Shown piece by piece: positions 26,254-34,251 of a stretch of DNA of 64,000 bases. The stretch lies in the IMG/VR virus record IMGVR_UViG_3300025141_000001; one strand, 5' to 3'. The position numbers were made by a program, and so were the translations under genes. This DNA comes from an uncultured virus (IMG/VR IMGVR_UViG_3300025141_000001). Taxonomy: Duplodnaviria > Heunggongvirae > Uroviricota > Caudoviricetes. The notes below the pieces were generated by a model. It was not told the origin of the DNA and made no database searches. It worked only from the letters and a program-made list of their open reading frames with translations. The stretch's first letter is position 1; each line of letters starts with the position of its first letter.

Positions 26254-26712
26254 ATGGAAAACGATAAAAAAACTTCTCGTGCGAGTCAAACTAGGTCTAA
26301 AACTGAAAGACCAAAAGTATGGACTCCTCCATCTGCTTTAGATGCACCCAAACCCCCTAAAGGGTTCAGGCATAGATGGATCAGAATTTCATCATTGGGA
26401 TTTGAGGATACCAAGAACGTTCAAGGTAAACTTAGATCTGGCTGGGAATTAGTCCGAGCCGATGAATATCCTGGATCTGAATATCCTGTAATCGACACGG
26501 GGCAGTATAAGGGAATGATCGGAGTAGGAGGCCTTGTGTTGGCAAGGATACCTGAAGAAATCGCTGAATCACGAACTGACTATTTTAGAAATCAGACACG
26601 TGAATCAAACGAAGCTTTAGAGCACGATTTAAAAAGGGAACAACATAAGAGTATGCCGATCCAACAGGATAGGCAGTCTCGCGTAACATTCGGTGGTACA
26701 AAGAAAGAGTAA
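26254..26712 (+). CDS. conserved head-module protein
   Basis: WTPPSAL...GFRHRWIR...GWELV...GGLVLARIP. Confidence 0.65.
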   Translation: MENDKKTSRASQTRSKTERPKVWTPPSALDAPKPPKGFRHRWIRISSLGFEDTKNVQGKLRSGWELVRADEYPGSEYPVIDTGQYKGMIGVGGLVLARIPEEIAESRTDYFRNQTRESNEALEHDLKREQHKSMPIQQDRQSRVTFGGTKKE

Positions 26713-26795
26713 TCTTTCTCGGGATAACAACCAATTCCCTATCATCGATTTTAATTAACCGTGAATATTAACGTATTCACATTAGGAGTAATAAT

Positions 26796-27410
26796 ATGGC
26801 AAACCAAGACGCAGCGTTTGGCTTTAGACAAGTCGGCGGATTAGGTAGTAGACCAACTAATGAAGGTACATCTAAGTATGTAATCGCAAGCGGTTACACA
26901 TCTGCAATTTATGCAGGTGACATTGTTGAAATGGGTGCTGGAACTGATGAAGGTGGCAGAGCAATCGCCGCTGGATTTATCGGTCAAGCAGCAGCTACAA
27001 CTTCAACACGTAACTTAGGTATTTTCAACGGTTGTTTCTATGAAGATCCAACAACGTCTAAACCAACGTTCAAAAACTACTGGCCAGGGGACGTCGCAGT
27101 AACGAGTCCTTCGGCTGGCGCGACAGCGTTTGTGTATGATAACCCGGATGATTTATTTGAAGTGCAAACTTCAGGTAGATTAGTGCAAAGTTGTGTTGGC
27201 AGATCTGTTGACATGCTTTACACAGCTGGCTCTACTATTAATGGTAGATCTAAAGAAGAAATTGGAGCAACTTCGTACAATGGTACAGGACAAATGGCTT
27301 TAATTAGAGTTTCTGAAGATCCATCAAACAGTGATCTAGGAACGGGTGAAAATAATGCTAATTGGGTTGTAAAATTCAATGAGCACGTTTATTACGACAA
27401 CGCACTATAA
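26796..27410 (+). CDS. capsid decoration / minor capsid protein
   Basis: MANQDAAFGF start; beta-rich; immediately upstream of the capsid gene. Confidence 0.6.
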   Translation: MANQDAAFGFRQVGGLGSRPTNEGTSKYVIASGYTSAIYAGDIVEMGAGTDEGGRAIAAGFIGQAAATTSTRNLGIFNGCFYEDPTTSKPTFKNYWPGDVAVTSPSAGATAFVYDNPDDLFEVQTSGRLVQSCVGRSVDMLYTAGSTINGRSKEEIGATSYNGTGQMALIRVSEDPSNSDLGTGENNANWVVKFNEHVYYDNAL

Positions 27411-27421
27411 GGAGATAAACT

Positions 27422-28333
27422 ATGGCAATATCACGACAGCAGCTAGTAAAAGAGCTCGAGCCAGGTTTAAATGCCTTGTTCGGGTTGGAGTATAAACAAT
27501 ACGCAGACGAAACCAAAGATATCTTTGTAACTGAGTCTTCAGACAGAGCTTTCGAAGAGGAAGTAATGTTATCAGGATTCGGTGACGCAGCAGTTAAACC
27601 TGAAGGTCAAGGCGTAAGCTTCGACACAGCTCAGGAAACTTACACTGCAAGATATACAATGGAGACAATTGCATTGGCTTTCGCAATAACAGAAGAAGCT
27701 ATCGAAGATAACCTCTACGACAGACTTGCTTCTCGTTATACAAAAGCCCTAGCTCGTTCAATGGCATCAACAAAAAATACGAAAGGTGCAAATGTATTAA
27801 ACAATGGTTTTGATACATCTAACGGACCTTTCTATGGTGATGGAAAATGTCTTTTGACAACTGACCACCCAACTTTGTCAGGTGACCAAGCAAACGAACT
27901 AAGTACTTCTGCAGATTTAAACGAAACTTCTTTAGAATCAATGTTGATTAACATTGCAGCAACTAAAGATGAAAGAGGTTTAAAAGTTGCAGCTAAGGCA
28001 AGAAGATTAGTAATACCTTCTGACCTTATTTTCACTGCTGAAAGACTGATGAAGTCTAAAGGCAGAGTAGGTACTGCAGATAATGACATTAACGCAATCA
28101 ACCACATGGGTTCAATCCCTGAAGGTTATGTTGTTAACCATTATCTAAACGACAACGATGCTTTCTTCATTATCACTGATGTTCCTAACGGAATGAAACA
28201 TTTCGATAGAGCACCATTGAAAACTTCAATGGAAGGTGACTTTGATACTGGTAACGTAAGATACAAAGCTAGAGAAAGATACGCATTTGGCGTATCCGAC
28301 TGGAGAGGTATTTACGGCTCACCAGGAGCGTAA
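27422..28333 (+). CDS. major capsid protein
   Basis: MAISRQQLVKELEPGLNALFGLEY...GDFDTGNVRYKARERY; strong RBS; followed by a hairpin. Confidence 0.9.
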   Translation: MAISRQQLVKELEPGLNALFGLEYKQYADETKDIFVTESSDRAFEEEVMLSGFGDAAVKPEGQGVSFDTAQETYTARYTMETIALAFAITEEAIEDNLYDRLASRYTKALARSMASTKNTKGANVLNNGFDTSNGPFYGDGKCLLTTDHPTLSGDQANELSTSADLNETSLESMLINIAATKDERGLKVAAKARRLVIPSDLIFTAERLMKSKGRVGTADNDINAINHMGSIPEGYVVNHYLNDNDAFFIITDVPNGMKHFDRAPLKTSMEGDFDTGNVRYKARERYAFGVSDWRGIYGSPGA

Positions 28334-28344
28334 TCAATAAATTA

Positions 28345-28376
28345 GAAATGAGGCGGCCTTAAAATCGCCTCATTTC
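28345..28376 (+). terminator. terminator-like hairpin after the capsid gene
   Basis: GAAATGAGGCGG / TCGCCTCATTTC inverted repeat. Confidence 0.6.
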
Positions 28377-28399
28377 GACTATAAAGATAGAAATTACCA

Positions 28400-28651
28400 A
28401 TGAAAAACTTCAGAATTCAAATACGCTACAATGGTTATTATGCCGACTTTAAAGTTGATGCTAATGACGATCCTCAAAGTATTGAGAATTCAATCCTTGA
28501 CAAACTAGGAAAAAATGAGGTAAAGTTTGAATCTGATGGATTTACTAGTAAGACTGGTAAATGGATTACCTATGAGGAGGTTAATCATGATCGAGGACCT
28601 ATACAAACAAAAGAAGTCCTTGGAGTTAAGTTGGGAGCAGGAGCATCTTAA
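28400..28651 (+). CDS. hypothetical protein
   Basis: 83-aa ORF. Confidence 0.55.
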   Translation: MKNFRIQIRYNGYYADFKVDANDDPQSIENSILDKLGKNEVKFESDGFTSKTGKWITYEEVNHDRGPIQTKEVLGVKLGAGAS

Positions 28652-28796
28652 TGAGGGTAGATATACTCTCCAAATGACTAAGATTGATCATGCGATTAAA
28701 GAAATTATTACGCAGATCAAATTAGAAGAAGCTCGATTAGAAGATCTTAAAATTAAGATCGCTAGCTCAAGGCCTGAAGTGTCAGTAGCCACTTAA
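28587..28796 (+). CDS. hypothetical protein
   Basis: ATG 28587 after GAGGAGG. Confidence 0.55.
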   Translation: MIEDLYKQKKSLELSWEQEHLNEGRYTLQMTKIDHAIKEIITQIKLEEARLEDLKIKIASSRPEVSVAT

Positions 28797-28894
28797 ATAA
28801 AACGCTACATTCTGGAATTCAATCCAAGCTACATAATCTCTTGCGCTCTATACAAAAGTGAGCTATATCTAAATTAGTATACAATTATTTAATA

Positions 28895-28935
28895 GAATCT
28901 AGACGAGTATACTCGACGGCCTAGAGACTAGATTC
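28895..28935 (+). ncRNA. candidate structured 5'-UTR element
   Basis: GAATCTAG/CTAGATTC stem enclosing the hairpin CGAG-TATA-CTCG; promoter TTGCGC-N17-TATATC upstream. Confidence 0.4.
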
Positions 28936-28957
28936 ACAAACTAGGAGGATTATAATT

Positions 28958-29386
28958 ATGGGTACAACTACATTTTCCGGACCAGTAAAATCCGGAACAG
29001 TTAGAGAAGGATCATCAGCTAATGTTGGTTTTTTAGTCGCTGCTCAATCAGCAGCTATTACTGAAAATACAACTGCATCTGATACGGGGATAATTATTCC
29101 AGCAAACAGTCAAATCATAAATATGTATGTTTTGATACAAACTGCTTGGAATGGAGGAACTAACACAATTGATGTTGGTATCTCTACAGATACGGATCTG
29201 TATTGTGATGGTCTACCAGCTACGGTTGTTGGAAATCACCGAGTAACTGCAGCCTATACGGGAACAGAAGCAAATTGGAAAGACGTGGGTACATCCGACG
29301 TTACTCTTTATGTTGATTCTGCTGCCACAGGTGCGGGCACTGGTGTTTTGGTGGTTCAATACCTTCAAAATAGAAACCTGAGCTAA
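28958..29386 (+). CDS. virion structural (decoration-like) protein
   Basis: MGTTTFSGPV start; Thr/Ala/Gly-rich, beta-like; RBS AGGAGG. Confidence 0.65.
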   Translation: MGTTTFSGPVKSGTVREGSSANVGFLVAAQSAAITENTTASDTGIIIPANSQIINMYVLIQTAWNGGTNTIDVGISTDTDLYCDGLPATVVGNHRVTAAYTGTEANWKDVGTSDVTLYVDSAATGAGTGVLVVQYLQNRNLS

Positions 29387-29395
29387 TAAATAAAC

Positions 29396-29423
29396 TTTGT
29401 GAGCTCCTTCGGGAGCTCGCAGA
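29396..29423 (+). terminator. UUCG hairpin
   Basis: GAGCTCC-TTCG-GGAGCTC. Confidence 0.55.
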
Positions 29424-29437
29424 ATAGGAGATAAATT

Positions 29438-29731
29438 ATGAGTACATATCCAGTAGATATAAAAGCTAAACGAATAACAAGTACAGTAGCTAATACTGAA
29501 ATTTTTGGAGGACCTGCAAGAATTTTAGGTTTTTCTGCAAATTGTACAGCAGGAGCTGGTACAATTGATTTGGAAGACAATAGTAGTTCTGTAGGAGTAT
29601 GGGGAACACCAAACGGTTCTTCCAGTCCAATGGTATATAATGTTACCTTACCCGGAACAGGTATATATTGTCGTACTAAACCAACGGTTAGTTTAACAAC
29701 TATTGCGGACGTAACATTCTACTACGCATAG
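29438..29731 (+). CDS. virion structural protein
   Basis: RBS AGGAG; small beta-rich protein in the structural operon. Confidence 0.6.
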   Translation: MSTYPVDIKAKRITSTVANTEIFGGPARILGFSANCTAGAGTIDLEDNSSSVGVWGTPNGSSSPMVYNVTLPGTGIYCRTKPTVSLTTIADVTFYYA

Positions 29732-29739
29732 GGGGATAA

Positions 29740-30531
29740 ATGGCGACTTCAGATACACTCGCATTTAACCCATCGGTTTCTCAATGCATTGAAGATGCTT
29801 ATGAAAGATGCAATGTACAATTGACATCTGGGTTGAGCTTAAAGACTGCTCTTTTTTCTCTTAATATTTTATTATCAGAATGGGGTAATAGAGGAATTCA
29901 TTTTTGGGAAGTAGCTAATGCTTCCATCTACATTAATGATGGACAAGCTAATTATGATATTTATTGGGATAACACGGTAAGAGATTCCAGTACTACAAAT
30001 CCCGCACGTTCAGACGCTTCTTCTACTTTTATTTATAATGCTACTGATGTTCTATTAGCGGCTTATAGAAGTGGGACAGGTACCAGTCAAAATGATATTA
30101 GTCTAACTAAAATTGACAGAGCAACTTATGGAGCTTTAGCTAATAAAAATAGCGAAGGAGTTCCTAGTCAATTTTGGGTACAAAGATTTATAGATAAAAC
30201 GAGAGTTACATTATATGTAACGCCAGGAAGTTCTCAGGCAGGAAAATATTTAAACATTTATTATATTAAAAGAATTCAAGATGCAGGAATAGCTCATCCT
30301 AATCCTCAAGCTAAAGATGGAGCCTATGGTTTTACAACTGATGTTCCTTTTAGATTTTTTCCATGTTTAGTATCAGGTCTAGCTTTTTATTTAAGTCAAA
30401 AAATTAATCCAGCTAAGACACAAGAATTAAAATTATATTATGAAGATGAATTAGCAAGAGCTCTCGCAGAAGATGGTTCTGCAGCAAGTGCTTTTGTGAC
30501 TCCTCAAACTTATTATCCATCGGTGAGTTAA
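29740..30531 (+). CDS. head-tail adaptor / neck protein
   Basis: IEDAYERC...SLNILLSEWGNRG...P..F..CLVSGLAFYL; position. Confidence 0.6.
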   Translation: MATSDTLAFNPSVSQCIEDAYERCNVQLTSGLSLKTALFSLNILLSEWGNRGIHFWEVANASIYINDGQANYDIYWDNTVRDSSTTNPARSDASSTFIYNATDVLLAAYRSGTGTSQNDISLTKIDRATYGALANKNSEGVPSQFWVQRFIDKTRVTLYVTPGSSQAGKYLNIYYIKRIQDAGIAHPNPQAKDGAYGFTTDVPFRFFPCLVSGLAFYLSQKINPAKTQELKLYYEDELARALAEDGSAASAFVTPQTYYPSVS

Positions 30532-31115
30532 TGACAGCACGATTTTCTCAAGGTAAATATTCGTTGGCGATTTCGGATAGAAGCGGTCAAGCATTTCCTT
30601 ATCCTGAAATGGTAAGAGAATGGAATGGGGCATGGGTGCATATTTCTGAATATGAACCTAAGTCTCCTCAATTAGAATTAAAGGTAACGGGGGGAGATCC
30701 TCAAGCTTTACAACATCCTCGAACAGCACGAACTGAATTTGCTACCTGTACCTTATTAGGGGGTAACCCTTTTTTTACTACAACGGCTGGAACTTCTGTT
30801 GTGAGAGTTTATGAACCTGGCCACACACGCACTTTGGGAAATACCTATCGTTTTTATGGATCTACTATGGTAGCTCCAGGAACAGGAACGACTACCAATC
30901 CGGTTGCTCAATATGCTGATTGCCAAGACTTGGATGGAATAAAAGGATCAGAAATTTGTAGAGCTGCGGGACATGTTATTTCTCAGTATGGAACTAAATA
31001 CAATGAAACTTACAACTATTATCAGTTTACAGTTAGCTCTGGAACTGCTACAACAGGTAATACTCGTGGAGGAGGTGGCTCGATCTCAATAGGACCAGTC
31101 ACATTACAAGCATAA
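30531..31115 (+). CDS. virion structural protein
   Basis: AISDRSG.AFPY.EM..EWNG motif; coupled to neighbours. Confidence 0.6.
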   Translation: MTARFSQGKYSLAISDRSGQAFPYPEMVREWNGAWVHISEYEPKSPQLELKVTGGDPQALQHPRTARTEFATCTLLGGNPFFTTTAGTSVVRVYEPGHTRTLGNTYRFYGSTMVAPGTGTTTNPVAQYADCQDLDGIKGSEICRAAGHVISQYGTKYNETYNYYQFTVSSGTATTGNTRGGGGSISIGPVTLQA

Positions 31116-31819
31116 TGGCACAATTTACATACGCAACATTAACTACCGCAATTTTAAATTTTAGTGAAACTGATACTTCGGTTTTAAGTTCCACGATTAC
31201 TGATCAATTAATCGCTAATGCTGAAGAAAGAATCTTCAGAGATGTTAATATTGATGCTAATAGATTTTATTTTAAAGCTACAACCAACACTGGCCAAGGA
31301 ACTTATAATGCTCCTTCAGGATGTTTAATTATTAGAGCTATTAAAATGACCGATAGTTCTAACAACATGTGGTATCTACAAAAAGTAGATCAAACCATGT
31401 TAGATGAATATACCCAGGATGAAACTAGTAATACTGGAAAACCTCTGTATTGGGCTAATTATGATGGAGGAGATGGCTCGGGTTCAGGATATTATAAAAT
31501 AGGACCTTCTCCCGATGCGGCTTATACCATTGAAGTGGAATTTTTAAAAATGCCTACAGGCTTAAGTTCAGGAAATACGACGACTTATATTAGTCAAAGG
31601 TTCGGAAATGGCCTTCTTTATGCTTCTCTCGTAGAGGCTTTTGGATATCTAAAAGGACCAATGGATATGTTGACATATTATGAAAACCGATATAAACAGG
31701 AGATAGATAAATTCGGTCTTGAACAAATTGGAAGACGAAGAAGAGGAGATTACACAAGTGGTACAATTCGTATCCCTCTTAATACTCCTTCAACGACTGA
31801 TTCGGGTTTAACTAAATAG
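31115..31819 (+). CDS. tail adaptor / connector-like protein
   Basis: TYATL..AI...I.NAEERI...G.P.Y...PSPDAAY...LLYASL.EA pattern. Confidence 0.6.
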   Translation: MAQFTYATLTTAILNFSETDTSVLSSTITDQLIANAEERIFRDVNIDANRFYFKATTNTGQGTYNAPSGCLIIRAIKMTDSSNNMWYLQKVDQTMLDEYTQDETSNTGKPLYWANYDGGDGSGSGYYKIGPSPDAAYTIEVEFLKMPTGLSSGNTTTYISQRFGNGLLYASLVEAFGYLKGPMDMLTYYENRYKQEIDKFGLEQIGRRRRGDYTSGTIRIPLNTPSTTDSGLTK

Positions 31820-31826
31820 GAGATTT

Positions 31827-32261
31827 ATGGCTATAACAACAAGTGCAGTGTGTAACTCATTTAAAACACAGATCTTAGAAGGCGAACACGACTTTGGGGT
31901 CAGTACAGATGTTTTTAAAATTGCAATGTACATCAGTACAGCGACTCTTGGCAAATCTACAACAGATTATTTAACAGCTGGAGAAACTTCTGGAACTAAT
32001 TATACAGCGGGTGGAAAAAAATTAGCAGTAGCGGGTCAGTTGGTAACTTTAGAAACTGACACAGCATGTGTTGATTTTGCTAATGTATCTTGGCAGACTG
32101 CAACTATTACAGCTAGAGGAGCTTTAATTTATAATACTTCTTCCTCAGATAAAGCGGTATGTGTTTTAGATTTCGGTGGAGATAAAACCGCAACAGCTGG
32201 AACATTTACCATTCAATTCCCAGCAGCTACAAGTACGCAGGCGATTCTAAGAATAGCGTAA
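31827..32261 (+). CDS. virion structural protein
   Basis: CNSFK..L.G.HDF...FKIA.Y...ITARGALIYN...VLDFG.DK. Confidence 0.65.
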   Translation: MAITTSAVCNSFKTQILEGEHDFGVSTDVFKIAMYISTATLGKSTTDYLTAGETSGTNYTAGGKKLAVAGQLVTLETDTACVDFANVSWQTATITARGALIYNTSSSDKAVCVLDFGGDKTATAGTFTIQFPAATSTQAILRIA

Positions 32262-32275
32262 GGAGGTAAGCTCCG

Positions 32276-33196
32276 ATGGCTATAAATACTTGGAACCAGA
32301 CCGGAACCACATGGGGTCAAAACCAATGGGGTCAAAACGCTACTCCAACATTTGAAGTCACAGGCATAGCTCTTACTGCATCAGTAGGAGATACAGAAGA
32401 ATTTAATAATGAAGGGTGGGGACGTTTAACCTGGGGATCTTATGACTGGGGTACTTATACTCTCACAACAACTATTGAAATTGGTGGTTTAGGATTAACT
32501 TCTACATCGGGAAGTGTAGTAGTTGAAGATGATATTGAAGTTGGTTGGGGAAGAAAGACATGGGGTAATTTAGCTTGGGGTGATGCTTATTCCACTCTTC
32601 CATCAGGAGTCAGTGCAACAGCTTCTGTAGGTGCAGTAGGAATTTCAGCTGATGCTATTCATGAATTAGTCACGGGAGTGAGCATGACTGCTTCTGTAGG
32701 ATCTTTAGCGGGAACCTATGCCGTTACACCGACAGGAGTTTCAGCAACTGTTTCTTTAGGAACATTAAGTATTGAAGAAAGTGTTGTTGAATCGGTAACT
32801 GGTCAATCTTTAACTACCACGGTTGGAACTACTTATGTTATTGGACCAGCCACTATTAATCTCACAGGATTCGGTTTAACGGCTTCTTTAGGAGATGAAA
32901 CTGCCTTTACTGATATCACTATTGATTTAACCGGCTTTGGTTTAAGCAGTTCTTTAGGAACTATTCGTCAAGAATCCGGCTATCCAGTAGCAGGATTAGG
33001 GTTGACATCAAGCATAGGTAGTGTAAGTATCGTTGCAACAGCCGTGGTTTATCCTTCAGGTCTCGGGTTAACGGCCTCTGCAAATGCTACTGCATTCGCG
33101 TATTCACCGGTTGACAAGGGATCAAGTGTAACTTATAGTGAGGTATCTAAGGGTACAAGCATAACTTATACCGAAGTAGATAAAACCGCAGCGTAG
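32276..33196 (+). CDS. tail-associated protein with WG repeats and G-x-x-L-T-x-S-x-G repeats
   Basis: GWGRLTWGSYDWG, GWGRKTWGNLAWG; repeated TG..LT.S.G units. Confidence 0.6.
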   Translation: MAINTWNQTGTTWGQNQWGQNATPTFEVTGIALTASVGDTEEFNNEGWGRLTWGSYDWGTYTLTTTIEIGGLGLTSTSGSVVVEDDIEVGWGRKTWGNLAWGDAYSTLPSGVSATASVGAVGISADAIHELVTGVSMTASVGSLAGTYAVTPTGVSATVSLGTLSIEESVVESVTGQSLTTTVGTTYVIGPATINLTGFGLTASLGDETAFTDITIDLTGFGLSSSLGTIRQESGYPVAGLGLTSSIGSVSIVATAVVYPSGLGLTASANATAFAYSPVDKGSSVTYSEVSKGTSITYTEVDKTAA

Positions 33197-33203
33197 GAGA
33201 ATT

Positions 33204-33821
33204 ATGGCATCAAATTATAACGCATTTGGATTTAACCTAATGACTACTGGTGAAAATGCCGGTACATGGGGAGATAATACTAATACCAATTTAAATTTCA
33301 TTAGAGATATGTTTAAGTATATCGAAGTCGCAATGACGACTGATAGAACTTTAACGATCCCTGATAATTCTAGTGGAACTTATGATGGTAGAGCTACGAT
33401 TATTAAACTTACAGGAACCACTGGTGGTTCTAATAGAGTACTAGATATTGCTGATCAAGCAGGGTCGGGATCTTCTCCTGGTGGAGCAGCGGATATTCTT
33501 AAACCTTTCTTAATTATTGATGGAACTACACGAACAGGTTCTGATACCATAACTTTTAAAGTTACGGGCCAAACAGGAATAACTATTCCTAAATATGGTA
33601 ATACATGGTGTTATAAAGATGGAACAGATATTCGTACGGCGGGATTCGTTAGTACGAGAGGGTCAGCAGGAACAGCAGCTGCTCAACCCGCATATACATT
33701 TCCTGCAGCAGATGGGACTAATGGCCAAGCTTTAGTTACAGATGGTTCAGGGTCAGCGGACTGGGGAAGTGCTGGAATTTCAACAGGAAAAGCTATTGCA
33801 ATGGCAATGATTTTCGGGTAA
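33204..33821 (+). CDS. tail fibre attachment / proximal fibre protein
   Basis: TGENAGTWG..TN.NL; P.ADGTNGQ.L.TDGSG; ends GKAIAMAMIFG. Confidence 0.6.
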   Translation: MASNYNAFGFNLMTTGENAGTWGDNTNTNLNFIRDMFKYIEVAMTTDRTLTIPDNSSGTYDGRATIIKLTGTTGGSNRVLDIADQAGSGSSPGGAADILKPFLIIDGTTRTGSDTITFKVTGQTGITIPKYGNTWCYKDGTDIRTAGFVSTRGSAGTAAAQPAYTFPAADGTNGQALVTDGSGSADWGSAGISTGKAIAMAMIFG

Positions 33822-33843
33822 AAACAAACAAAGGAATTAAAAT

Positions 33844-34236
33844 ATGGCAAATCCAAATATAGTATCAGTAACAACGATTAACGGTGAATCCGTTGGCTGG
33901 AATTTAACTAACACTGTAACTACAGCTTTATTCACGGTGGCTACAGATAAATTAATTAAAATTAACAGAATTGTATGTGCAAACGTCGATGGTTCGGCGG
34001 CTGCAGATTTAACTCTATATGTGGATACAAATGTTCAAACTTCAGCTGGTGGTACAGTTGCTGGTGGAGCAGCAGATGTTTATCTAGCTAAAACAATTTC
34101 CGTTCCAGCTGATTCATCTTTGGTGGTATCAGATACACCAATTTATTTAAGAGAACTGGACGTTTTAAAAGGTGGAGCTAGCGCTGCATCAGATCTCGAT
34201 CTATTCATATCGTATGAAGTACTAGACGACGCATAG
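33844..34236 (+). CDS. tail-associated structural protein
   Basis: MANPNIV...ANVDG...TISVPAD. Confidence 0.6.
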   Translation: MANPNIVSVTTINGESVGWNLTNTVTTALFTVATDKLIKINRIVCANVDGSAAADLTLYVDTNVQTSAGGTVAGGAADVYLAKTISVPADSSLVVSDTPIYLRELDVLKGGASAASDLDLFISYEVLDDA

Positions 34237-34251
34237 GAGGTAATCTAAACC

